Position numbers and translations under genes: made by a program. A DNA stretch of 32,000 nucleotides, from NCBI GenBank assembly GCA_934647235.1, contig CAKUFG010000026.1, forward strand, positions 1 through 32,000, given 5' to 3'. The stretch is from an uncultured Clostridia bacterium (GTDB taxonomy: Bacteria > Bacillota > Clostridia > Christensenellales > Aristaeellaceae). This document shows positions 8,485 through 17,027 of this stretch, piece after piece. The notes under the pieces were generated by a model, which worked only from the letters and a program-made list of their open reading frames with translations, made no database searches and was not told where the DNA came from. Each line of letters begins with the position of its first letter. The stretch's first letter is position 1.

Positions 8485-9507
8485 TTACAGCCGCAGCGCC
8501 GCCGCAGCATCCTCCACATGATCGCAGAACGCCTGGAAGTCAGGGTCAGGGCGCTGCATATCCGGATGGGAAAGGAAATACTCTACCGAGCGGCGCGCGC
8601 CCACGGCGTAGGACGTAAAATCGATGCGGCCAATGCCCGTTACGCGCTGTACTTTGCTGTTGTCAAAAATCACGCTGTTCGCCTTATCGCCCAGGATCGA
8701 CCCGTTAAAATCATACAGCCTGCTCTGCGCCAGCAGCCAGGCGGACACATAGCAGGGGCGATAATCCACCCCCAGAATGTCCGCCAGCGCTCGATACGCC
8801 TGGTTCCAGGTGATTGTTTCATCGCTGGTGATATGAAAGGCCTCGCCGATGGCGGCCGGATTGCCCAGCAGGGCGCAGAAATACACAGAAAAATCCTCTG
8901 CCGTGGTCATCACCCACAGCGATTCGCCATCGCAGGCAACGGGTACGCGCTTGCCCTGCAGCATGCGCTCCAGCACCGCCCATGCGCCGCCCGCACCGTG
9001 GATCTGCACCGGCAGGCTGCGCTCGCTGTAGGTATGGCTGGGGCGCACAATCGTAACCGGGAAGCCCGTGCGCGCATGCTCGGCCAGCAGCAGCTCCTCG
9101 CACGCCGCCTTGTTTCGGGAATACAGCCAGTACGGGTTGTTTAACGGCGTATCCTCTGTGATGGGCAGACGCGGCAGGGGCTTGCAGTAGGCGGAAGCCG
9201 AGCTGATGAACACATACTGCCGGGCGTGATCACGGAACAGGCGCACATCGCGCGCAGCCTGATCGGGCGTAAAAACAATAAAATCGCATACCGCATCGTA
9301 CACGGTATCCCCCAGCAGGGCCGCCACGCGCGCCTCATCGTTGATATCCGCCGTAAGCTGCCGCACATTGCCGTCAAAGGGGCGTTCCAGGGCGGCGTGC
9401 TGCCCGCGGTTGAGCAGCGTTACCTCCCAGCCCTGTTCCAGCAGTCTGCGCGTTACGCTGGTGCTGATTACTCCCGTTCCGCCGATCATGAGCGCCTTCA
9501 TTGCCAT
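8485..9507 (-). CDS. NAD-dependent epimerase/dehydratase family (extended SDR) protein
   Basis: N-terminal Rossmann motif MIGGTGVIS, 340 aa, YxxxK-type catalytic region (YSRNK). Confidence 0.85.
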   Translation of the reverse strand: MAMKALMIGGTGVISTSVTRRLLEQGWEVTLLNRGQHAALERPFDGNVRQLTADINDEARVAALLGDTVYDAVCDFIVFTPDQAARDVRLFRDHARQYVFISSASAYCKPLPRLPITEDTPLNNPYWLYSRNKAACEELLLAEHARTGFPVTIVRPSHTYSERSLPVQIHGAGGAWAVLERMLQGKRVPVACDGESLWVMTTAEDFSVYFCALLGNPAAIGEAFHITSDETITWNQAYRALADILGVDYRPCYVSAWLLAQSRLYDFNGSILGDKANSVIFDNSKVQRVTGIGRIDFTSYAVGARRSVEYFLSHPDMQRPDPDFQAFCDHVEDAAAALRL

Positions 9508-9530
9508 GCCTCCCGTTGCTTTTTGCTTTC

Positions 9531-9559
9531 ATTATAGCGTATCCCGCCGCGCGCGGCAA
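9531..9559 (-). promoter_or_regulatory. sigma-70 type promoter of the epimerase gene
   Basis: On the minus strand TTGCCG, a 17-nt spacer, then TATAAT (9536-9531). Confidence 0.55.
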
Positions 9560-9568
9560 GCCCGGCCG

Positions 9569-9597
9569 TTGACAGGGAAATTCCGGGTTGCTATAAT
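9569..9597 (+). promoter_or_regulatory. sigma-70 type promoter of the DUF2974 gene
   Basis: TTGACA (9569-9574), an exact 17-nt spacer and TATAAT (9592-9597). GGAGGA Shine-Dalgarno precedes ATG 9627. Confidence 0.65.
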
Positions 9598-9626
9598 CAA
9601 GCCATCAGGATACGGAGGACGCGGCC

Positions 9627-10733
9627 ATGGGCGATTTGTTTTCGTTTATTGCGGAATGCGGGGCGGATGATTTTTCACTGCGCCCACTTTGCGATGTGGA
9701 CAGGCTGATTTTCGCGCAGCTGTCCTACTGCGATTTTCTGCCCGCCATGCCCCTTGCGCCCTGCCCGCTGCCCCAGGCTGTCCGCACCGTGCTTGCCGCC
9801 GCGCCCAGCCCCGACGCCTCGGAGGAGCGCTTTGCCTTTCAGCGCAGCGATGATCAGCGGCTGCTGTCGCTGCTTCTGCACGCCCCGCGCTATGCGCACG
9901 TCACGTTCATCGACTTTACCCGCCTGCTGTGCCCGGACGGGCAGCAGTTTGCCGCCCTGACGCTGGCAATCGACGACGCGCGCCTGCTGGCTTATCGCGG
10001 CACGGACAACACGCTGGCCGGCTGGAAGGAAGACCTGGCCTTAAGCTGCCAGCCCTGTATTGCCTCGCAGCAGGAGGCGCTGCGGTATCTGCTGCGTCAG
10101 GCGCAGGCACACCCCGGCGCGCTGTCGGTGTGCGGACACAGCAAGGGCGGCAATCTGGCGCTGTACGCAGCCCTGCACGCCCCCGCCGGCGTACAGGATC
10201 GGCTTGACTGCGCGGTCAGCTTCGACGGCCCCGGCTTTCCCAGCGAAATGCTGGAGCGGCTTCTGACCCCCGCCCTGGCCGCGCGCACGCGCGTGCTGCT
10301 GCCCGAGGGCTCGCTGATCGGCGTCCTGTTTTCGCAGCCGCCGCAGGTGCGCACCATCGCCTGCAAATGGATGGGCCCGCTGCAGCATTATCCCTACTTC
10401 TGGCAGGTGGAGGACGGCGGCTTTGTGGACAGCCCGCAAACGCTGTTCAGCCGTGCGGCGGCGCTGACGATGGAAAAATGGCTGCTGCGCCTGACGCCTG
10501 CCCAGCGCGAACAGTTTACCGGGCTATTGTTTGATATTCTGCAAGCCACTCAGGCGCAGACGCTAAACGATCTGGTGCGCGGCTGGTTTTCAAACACCCT
10601 TCCCATCGCCCGCGCTATCCTTTCGCGCGTGGATATGCCCAACCTCCGCCTGTGCGCGCACATGCTGTTTTCATTCTGGCGCGCGCTGGCCGAAAGCGCA
10701 GGAATTCTGCTTTCCGGGCCCGAAAAGCCTTGA
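9627..10733 (+). CDS. DUF2974 (Mbeg1-like) alpha/beta-hydrolase/lipase-like protein
   Basis: Nucleophile-elbow motif GHSKGGNLALYAA and overall length typical of the family. Confidence 0.8.
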   Translation: MGDLFSFIAECGADDFSLRPLCDVDRLIFAQLSYCDFLPAMPLAPCPLPQAVRTVLAAAPSPDASEERFAFQRSDDQRLLSLLLHAPRYAHVTFIDFTRLLCPDGQQFAALTLAIDDARLLAYRGTDNTLAGWKEDLALSCQPCIASQQEALRYLLRQAQAHPGALSVCGHSKGGNLALYAALHAPAGVQDRLDCAVSFDGPGFPSEMLERLLTPALAARTRVLLPEGSLIGVLFSQPPQVRTIACKWMGPLQHYPYFWQVEDGGFVDSPQTLFSRAAALTMEKWLLRLTPAQREQFTGLLFDILQATQAQTLNDLVRGWFSNTLPIARAILSRVDMPNLRLCAHMLFSFWRALAESAGILLSGPEKP

Positions 10734-10757
10734 ATATCGCGGCAATGCATGATAAAA
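10729..10757 (+). promoter_or_regulatory. sigma-70 type promoter of mscL
   Basis: TTGAAT, a 17-nt spacer ending in TGA, then TAAAAT (extended -10). It overlaps the stop codon of the upstream gene. Confidence 0.5.
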
Positions 10758-10790
10758 TGTAAATAATTTACGCGAGAGGAGCGAAAAGGT

Positions 10791-11255
10791 ATGAAAAAGT
10801 TCTTTGAGGAGTTCAAAAAGTTCGCCATGCGCGGCAACGTGATGGACATGGCGGTCGGCGTTATCGTGGGCGGCGCGTTCGGCAAGATCGTCACCTCCCT
10901 GGTCAACGATCTGTTTATGCCCCTGATCGGCCTGCTGACGGGCGGCGTAAACGTATCGGGCATGTTCCTGCTGCTGGGCAAAGCGCCCGAGGGCACGGTG
11001 ATCAACACCATCGACGAGGCCGCCGCGGCGGGCATCGCCACTTTCAACTACGGCAATTTCATCCAGACCGTGATCGACTTCATCCTGGTTGCGCTGTGCA
11101 TTTTCCTGTTTATCAAGCTGGTCAACAAGCTGGAGCATAAAAAGCCCGCCGCCCCCGCGCCCGAACCGCGCAAGTGCCCCTACTGCTTCAGCGTAATCGA
11201 CGACAAGGCCACCCGCTGCCCCCACTGCACCAGCATGCTGGAGGAAAAGAAATAA
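10791..11255 (+). CDS. mscL: large-conductance mechanosensitive channel MscL with C-terminal CxxC-x10-CxxC zinc-ribbon tail
   Basis: FKKFAMRGNVMDMAVGVIVGGAFGKIVTSLVNDLFMPLIG is the conserved MscL TM1 region. The tail KCPYCFSVIDDKATRCPHCTS lies at 11175-11228. Confidence 0.9.
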   Translation: MKKFFEEFKKFAMRGNVMDMAVGVIVGGAFGKIVTSLVNDLFMPLIGLLTGGVNVSGMFLLLGKAPEGTVINTIDEAAAAGIATFNYGNFIQTVIDFILVALCIFLFIKLVNKLEHKKPAAPAPEPRKCPYCFSVIDDKATRCPHCTSMLEEKK

Positions 11256-12239
11256 GTGAAGTTCACCGGCTTTTTCTGGGATTTTGACGGCACGCTGTTT
11301 GATACCTATCCGCGCATCAACCGCGCCATGCAAAAGGCCTTTGCCGAAATCGGCATGCAGGTAAGCATCGAGCAGCTGATTCCGCTGACCAAGGTATCCC
11401 TGCCGCATACCGCGCAGACGCTGGCGGGCGAGCGCGCCAGAGAAGTGCTGCTGGCCTATAACGCCCACGCCGAGGACGAGGACTACGATACCATGCCGCC
11501 CTTTCCCGGCGCAATCCGCCTGCTGCAAAGCGTGTGCGCCCACGGCGGGCATAACTTCCTGTATACCCACCGCAGCCGCAACGCCATCGACGCGCTCAAC
11601 CACTACGGCATCGCCAGATATTTCACCGATATCGTCACCTCGGAGGATCATTTTCCTCGCAAGCCCGCGCCCGACGCGCTGCTGTACCTGATGGATAAGC
11701 ATCGCCTGTCCCCCGCGCAGTGCGTCATGATCGGCGACCGCGATATCGACCTGCTCAGCGGCATCAACGCGGGCATGGCCGGGGCGCTGTTTGATCCCGA
11801 GGGCTTCTACCCGGATTTTGATACGCCCTATCGCTATAACACGCTGACCGAAATGATGCGCGACCTGACCTGGGAAGAGGAGGAGCTTGACCTGAGCCTG
11901 GCCGACATGCTGGAAATGCAGACCGAGCTGCACGCCGAGCACCCCGAATGGGGCGCGCTGGACGCCGCCGCAGGCCGCAATCAGCTGCTTTGGCTGACGG
12001 GCGAGCTGGGCGAGGTAATCGACGTGGTCAAAAAGAACGACGCGGCGCATCTGACGCAGCCCGGCTATGTGCGCGATTGCCTGACGGAGGAGATCGCGGA
12101 CGTGATGATGTACCTCAACGACGTGCTGCTGTGCTATGATATCGCGCCCGGAGAAATCTCCCGCGCCTATTATAAAAAGCACCTGTACAACCTGCGCCGC
12201 AATTACCGGCAGCAAAACGAGGATCGCTACGGCAAATAA
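11256..12239 (+). CDS. two-domain protein: HAD-superfamily phosphatase fused to a MazG-like nucleotide pyrophosphohydrolase
   Basis: HAD motif I FWDFDGTLFDT at residues 6-16 forces the GTG 11256 start, directly after the mscL TAA. HAD motif IV is GDRDIDL. The C-terminal half carries MazG-type acidic motifs GELGEVIDVV and EEIADVMMYL. Confidence 0.8.
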   Translation: MKFTGFFWDFDGTLFDTYPRINRAMQKAFAEIGMQVSIEQLIPLTKVSLPHTAQTLAGERAREVLLAYNAHAEDEDYDTMPPFPGAIRLLQSVCAHGGHNFLYTHRSRNAIDALNHYGIARYFTDIVTSEDHFPRKPAPDALLYLMDKHRLSPAQCVMIGDRDIDLLSGINAGMAGALFDPEGFYPDFDTPYRYNTLTEMMRDLTWEEEELDLSLADMLEMQTELHAEHPEWGALDAAAGRNQLLWLTGELGEVIDVVKKNDAAHLTQPGYVRDCLTEEIADVMMYLNDVLLCYDIAPGEISRAYYKKHLYNLRRNYRQQNEDRYGK

Positions 12240-12254
12240 AAGGAGGCGCTGTCC

Positions 12255-13298
12255 ATGCCCGGCAAGCCCCAGCACCGCATCACCCAGCCCGGCCCGCTGC
12301 ACGATGAGCGCGGCCGCCTGATCCAGCGCGGCTACGCCACATCGCTCCTGCTGCAGTATGACCGCAGCCGCGTGGCGGCCTCTCCGCTGCGCATCAAGGA
12401 GTGGGATTATTACTATATCGGCAATGATTCCTTCGGCCTGGCGCTGACGATTGACGATAACGGCTACATGAGCCTGGACAGCATCTCCCTGCTGGATTTT
12501 GACGCGAAATGGCAGCAGACCACCTCGCGCATGGGCTTTATGCCTTTGGGGCGGCGAAAGCTGCCCGCCACCTCAGCGCGCGGGGATATCGACGTATCCG
12601 GCCGCGGGTATGAAATGCACTTCAAAAACGACGGTCTTCGCCGCAGCCTGTATGGCAGCATGCAGAATTTTCGCGGCACGGACGCCATTAGCTTTGATAT
12701 CACCCTGACCGACACGCCCCGCGATAGCATGGTCATCGTAACGCCCTTTGCCCAGGATGAAAAGGCGTTCTACTATAATCAAAAGATCAACTGCCTTCGA
12801 GCCGAGGGGAGGGCGCTCTTCGCCGGGCGGGAGTATCTGTTTTCCCCCGCAACGTCCTTTGCGGTGCTTGATTGGGGACGCGGCGTGTGGACCTATGAAA
12901 ACACCTGGTACTGGGGCTCTGCCTCCGGCGTCGCGCAGGGGCGGCGTGTCGGCTTCAACGTCGGCTACGGCTTTGGCGATACCAGCGCGGCCAGTGAGAA
13001 CATGGTATTTGTGGACGGCGTCGCGCACAAGCTATCGCAGGTGACGTTCAACATCCCCATGAAAAACGGGCGGGAGGATTACCTGTCCCCCTGGACGTTT
13101 ACCAGCGACGACGGCCGGTTTGAGATGGATTTCACGCCCATCCTGGATCGCGCCGCCTGCACGGACGCAAAGCTCATCCTGTCGGATCAGCATCAGGTGT
13201 TCGGCCGATACTCCGGGCGCATGATTCTCGATGACGGCAGCGCGCTGGAGGTAAAGAGCCTAACAGGCTTTGCCGAAAAAGTACACAACAAATGGTAA
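12255..13298 (+). CDS. DUF2804 domain-containing protein
   Basis: 347 aa with AAAGGAGG before the ATG. The KEWDYYYI motif and beta-rich sequence recall DUF2804 (from memory). Confidence 0.7.
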   Translation: MPGKPQHRITQPGPLHDERGRLIQRGYATSLLLQYDRSRVAASPLRIKEWDYYYIGNDSFGLALTIDDNGYMSLDSISLLDFDAKWQQTTSRMGFMPLGRRKLPATSARGDIDVSGRGYEMHFKNDGLRRSLYGSMQNFRGTDAISFDITLTDTPRDSMVIVTPFAQDEKAFYYNQKINCLRAEGRALFAGREYLFSPATSFAVLDWGRGVWTYENTWYWGSASGVAQGRRVGFNVGYGFGDTSAASENMVFVDGVAHKLSQVTFNIPMKNGREDYLSPWTFTSDDGRFEMDFTPILDRAACTDAKLILSDQHQVFGRYSGRMILDDGSALEVKSLTGFAEKVHNKW

Positions 13299-13304
13299 TC
13301 ATCT

Positions 13305-13339
13305 GCCGCGCCTGGCGTGCAGCCGGCGCGGTCTTTTTG
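13305..13339 (+). terminator. terminator-like hairpin after the DUF2804 gene, abutting the glyA Shine-Dalgarno
   Basis: GCCGCGCC/GGCGCGGT stem with a 12-nt loop, followed by CTTTTTGT. The glyA AAGGAGG starts at 13341. Confidence 0.45.
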
Positions 13340-13358
13340 TAAGGAGGAATCAGCTTTT

Positions 13359-14579
13359 ATGGAGCATTTATCGCAGGATGCGGCTCTTTTTGCCGCCATT
13401 TCGCGCGAGGCACAGCGCCAGCGCGACAACCTGGAATTGATCGCATCGGAAAATTACGCCAGCCCCGCCGTACGTGAAGCCATGGCCACGTGTCTGACCA
13501 ATAAATATGCCGAGGGCTATCCCGGCCGCCGCTATTACGGCGGATGCGAGTTTGTAGACGAAGTAGAAAATCTGGCCATTGCGCGCGCCAGGCAGCTGTT
13601 TGGCGCGGAGCATGCCAACGTGCAGCCGCACTCGGGCAGCCAGGCCAACATGGCTGCCTATATGGCCCTGCTGCAGCCCGGCGACGCCATTCTGGGCATG
13701 GATCTGAATCACGGCGGCCACCTGACGCATGGCTCGCCTGTCAATTTCAGCGGCAAGCTGTACCGCTTTCACAGCTATGCTACCGACGAAAACGGCCTGA
13801 TCGACTATAACGCCGTCCGCGAGCAGGCGCTTGCCGTGCGTCCGCGCATGATCGTGGCGGGCGCATCCGCCTATCCGCGCACGATTGACTTTTCCATTTT
13901 CCGCAATATCTGCGATGAAGTAGGCGCATACCTGATGGTCGATATGGCGCACATCGCCGGGCTGGTGGCGGCGGGCTGCCATCCGTCGCCTGTGCCCTAT
14001 GCCGATATCGTCACTACCACCACCCACAAAACGCTGCGCGGCCCGCGCGGCGGCATGATTCTGTGCCGCGCAGAATACGCCAAGGCCGTGGACAAGGCGG
14101 TTTTCCCCTGCACGCAGGGCGGCCCGCTGCTGCATGTGATCGCCGCCAAGGCCGTCTGCCTGGCGGAAGCGCTGCAGCCTGCGTTTATCCAATATCAGCA
14201 ACAGATCGTCCGCAACGCCGCTGCGTTGGCCGATACGCTGCTGGGGCAGGATTGCCCGCTGGTATCCGGCGGTACGGACAATCACCTGATGCTGATGGAT
14301 CTGCGCAGCGCACCCATGACCGGCAAACAGCTGGAGCAGGCACTGGACGCGGTGCACATCACCGCCAACAAAAACATGATTCCTAACGACCCGCGCAAAC
14401 CCAACGAAACCAGCGGCCTGCGCCTGGGCACACCTGCCGTGACTACGCGCGGCATGCGTGAGGACAGCATGGCGATCATTGGCCGCTGCATCGCCGACGC
14501 CCTGTATCAGCGCCGCCCGGCGAAGGAGATTGCCACCGAAGTATTGTCGCTGACGCAAAAATACAGCCAATATCTATGA
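13359..14579 (+). CDS. glyA: serine hydroxymethyltransferase
   Basis: [33 protein letters not shown] and the PLP-lysine region [14 protein letters not shown]. Start taken at MEHLSQ (ATG 13359), with AAGGAGG at 13341. Confidence 0.95.
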   Translation: MEHLSQDAALFAAISREAQRQRDNLELIASENYASPAVREAMATCLTNKYAEGYPGRRYYGGCEFVDEVENLAIARARQLFGAEHANVQPHSGSQANMAAYMALLQPGDAILGMDLNHGGHLTHGSPVNFSGKLYRFHSYATDENGLIDYNAVREQALAVRPRMIVAGASAYPRTIDFSIFRNICDEVGAYLMVDMAHIAGLVAAGCHPSPVPYADIVTTTTHKTLRGPRGGMILCRAEYAKAVDKAVFPCTQGGPLLHVIAAKAVCLAEALQPAFIQYQQQIVRNAAALADTLLGQDCPLVSGGTDNHLMLMDLRSAPMTGKQLEQALDAVHITANKNMIPNDPRKPNETSGLRLGTPAVTTRGMREDSMAIIGRCIADALYQRRPAKEIATEVLSLTQKYSQYL

Positions 14580-14586
14580 GGTGCAT

Positions 14587-14970
14587 ATGACGCATAATTA
14601 CCCGTTTCTGGACGCGCTGCTGCGCAGCTATCCCGGCTCGACCTGGGATTACAAGGCCGAGTGGGGCTGGGAGCGCTATCAGGTGGGCGGCAGGATGTTC
14701 GCCGCCGCCTGCCTGCCCGGCCCCGAACATCACGCCTATGCCGGCCATCCCCTGCTGACGCTCAAATGCGATCCCCTGCACGCGCAGGCCCTTTGCGCCG
14801 AGTATCCCGATATCCAGCCCGGCTTTTATATGGATAAAACAAACTGGATTTCCATTTTTCTGGATGGCAGCGTGCCCGAAACCCTGCTGCGCGATCTGTG
14901 CACACAGAGCTACCAGCTGATCTTCGGCAAGCTGACCAAGAAAATGCAGCGGGAAATCAAGGGAGAATAA
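14587..14970 (+). CDS. MmcQ/YjbR family DNA-binding protein
   Basis: About 127 aa with the family-typical C-terminal FYMDKTNWISIFLDG. GAGG lies 5 nt before ATG 14587; GTG 14581 is an alternative start. Confidence 0.7.
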   Translation: MTHNYPFLDALLRSYPGSTWDYKAEWGWERYQVGGRMFAAACLPGPEHHAYAGHPLLTLKCDPLHAQALCAEYPDIQPGFYMDKTNWISIFLDGSVPETLLRDLCTQSYQLIFGKLTKKMQREIKGE

Positions 14971-14979
14971 TCACTTTGC

Positions 14980-15020
14980 GGCAACTGGTTTTACAGTTGC
15001 CAATCTTTTTGCTCTTTTTA
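14980..15020 (+). terminator. rho-independent terminator
   Basis: GGCAACTG-GTTTTA-CAGTTGCC hairpin followed by AATCTTTTTGCTCTTTTT. Confidence 0.7.
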
Positions 15021-15136
15021 GAAATCATGGTCATATTTTTGCCCTATTCTATTGACATTTATCTCCTGATATGATGTCTTATAAAGGATTACGATAAATC
15101 TTGATTGAATTCTACACATGGATGGAGCTGATTGAC

Positions 15137-16078
15137 ATGACACCTGTCCCCCACCCGTCTCTTCGCCGCCACACGCCTTTATATATGCGTATTTGGCGCG
15201 CTCGTTACCTATATCTATTGTTGCTGCCCGGCCTGGCGTATTTCTTTATTTTCCGCTATGCGCCTATGGGCGGTTTACTTTTGGCATTCAAAAAGTATAA
15301 TGCGCGTCTGGGCATTTTAGGCAGCAAATGGGTCGGTTTGGATCACTTCCGGCGTCTTTTTATCACGCCGGATGCATTGAACGCTATAAAAAATACGTTG
15401 ATTATCAGCCTTAGTCGCATGGTGTTTCAATTTCCCATGCCAATTATTCTGGCAATCTTGCTGGATGAAATGCCCGCAGGCCACTGCAGAAAGCTGTATC
15501 AGACCGTATATACTTTCCCTCACTTTCTTAGTTGGGTGGTTGTATCTACCATCATGATTAACCTATTCAGCAGCAATGGCACCATCAATATTATCATCGA
15601 AGCCCTGGGCGGCGCGCGCATATCATTCTTAGCCCAGCGCAGTCTCGCTCGCCCGTTCCTGTATTTAACCGCCAACTGGAAGGAAATGGGCTGGTCCTCC
15701 ATCATCTTTATCGCCGCTATCTCGGCAGTTGATCCAACGCTTTATGAAGCTGCCTACATCGATGGCGCTGGGCGCTGGAAGCGCATCTGGTATGTTACTC
15801 TGCCCTGCATCCTAAGTACCATCGTCATTCGCTTCATTTTAGACATTGGCCACATTATGAATTCTGGCTTCGATCAAATCTTTTTGATGAAAAACGGTAT
15901 TACGCAATCCGTTGTAGACGTGATTGATACCTATGTATACCGCATCACCTTCGAGGCCACTCCTAACTACGGTTTTTCTTCCGCGGTCGATTTGTTCAAG
16001 TCCGTCGTCAATTTCATCATGCTCCTTCTCTCCAATCAGATCGTCCGTCAGCTTAGCGGGCAAGGTCTGTTCAACTAA
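15137..16078 (+). CDS. carbohydrate ABC transporter permease (LplB-like, MalF/BPD family)
   Basis: Polytopic, with an EAA-loop region YEAAYIDGAGRWKRIWYVTLP. GGAG lies about 8 nt before ATG 15137; the ORF is open from TTG 15101 and ATG 15122 is another option. Confidence 0.85.
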   Translation: MTPVPHPSLRRHTPLYMRIWRARYLYLLLLPGLAYFFIFRYAPMGGLLLAFKKYNARLGILGSKWVGLDHFRRLFITPDALNAIKNTLIISLSRMVFQFPMPIILAILLDEMPAGHCRKLYQTVYTFPHFLSWVVVSTIMINLFSSNGTINIIIEALGGARISFLAQRSLARPFLYLTANWKEMGWSSIIFIAAISAVDPTLYEAAYIDGAGRWKRIWYVTLPCILSTIVIRFILDIGHIMNSGFDQIFLMKNGITQSVVDVIDTYVYRITFEATPNYGFSSAVDLFKSVVNFIMLLLSNQIVRQLSGQGLFN

Positions 16079-16090
16079 AACAGGAGGGAT

Positions 16091-16975
16091 ATGACTATGG
16101 CCGTTCATAATGCTATCCGTAAGCGCACCACCGGCGATTATGTTATTTTCGTTATTCTCACGTTTCTCATGCTTGTAATCGCCATTCCCTTTTATAACAC
16201 CATCGTGATTTCAGTAGAGACCAGTGCCGCCTACGCACGCAATCCACTTTCACTTTACCCCGCCGAGTTTTCCCTGGATAACTACCGTTTCATGTTTAAA
16301 AACAACGCCATTCTATATGGCTATCGCAACACTGTATTCATCGCAGCAATAGGCCTTGTATACGGCATGACGATCTCCGTCATGATGGCCTACGCCTTTT
16401 CCCGCCAGTTTCCAGGCAAAAAGTTCTTCTTTCTGCTGATGCTGTTCACCATGTTCTTTGGCGGTGGCACGGTGCCCACCTTCCTGATCATGAAAAAGCT
16501 GAAGCTGATCAACAAGCTGCTCGGCATCATTCTGATGAGCGGCGTATCTTCCTTCAATATCATTATCATGAAAAATGGTTTTGAAAGCACACCCCCAGCA
16601 TTAGAAGAAGCAGCGCTCATCGACGGCGCAAACGACCTGCAGATCTTCCTGCGTGTCATGCTACCACTGCAAAAACCGTTACTGGCCACATTCTCGCTTT
16701 TCACCATCGTAAGCTACTGGAATAGCTGGTATTGGCCGCTTCTGCTGCTTAATTCCCCCACCAAGCAAACGCTTCAGGTTGTACTGCGCGCCATTGTTAA
16801 CGATGCATCGCAAGCAACAGAAGTCGCTTCTTCCGGCTCCGCTACGGCCCAAACCTTCTCTCAGGGTGTAAAAATGGCAGCCGTCATGATCACCATGGGG
16901 CCGATCATGATCGTATACCCCTTCCTCCAAAAGTACTTTAATAAAGGCGTCATGGTAGGCGCTATCAAAATGTAA
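16091..16975 (+). CDS. carbohydrate ABC transporter permease (LplC-like, MalG/BPD family)
   Basis: AGGAGGGAT before the ATG. EAA loop EEAALIDGANDLQIFLRVMLPL. Six TM segments. Confidence 0.85.
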   Translation: MTMAVHNAIRKRTTGDYVIFVILTFLMLVIAIPFYNTIVISVETSAAYARNPLSLYPAEFSLDNYRFMFKNNAILYGYRNTVFIAAIGLVYGMTISVMMAYAFSRQFPGKKFFFLLMLFTMFFGGGTVPTFLIMKKLKLINKLLGIILMSGVSSFNIIIMKNGFESTPPALEEAALIDGANDLQIFLRVMLPLQKPLLATFSLFTIVSYWNSWYWPLLLLNSPTKQTLQVVLRAIVNDASQATEVASSGSATAQTFSQGVKMAAVMITMGPIMIVYPFLQKYFNKGVMVGAIKM

Positions 16976-17027
16976 TCCATCGGATCATTGGGCCGGCCTG
17001 GCCTGTAAAATAAGAAAGGAGACCCCC

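Noticed and set aside
10671-12302. Very long antisense ORFs opposite to clearly recognisable genes: 10671-12302, 24852-27623, 27587-29257, 18568-19704, 13368-14570, 2940-3878 and 7380-8387.
   Set aside because: Their translations are low-complexity and rich in R/A/G/Q/H, with no motifs. Each lies opposite a gene with unmistakable family signatures (MscL/HAD, FtsK, TatD, GlyA, FprA, YitT). Stop-poor antisense frames are expected at about 63-65% GC.
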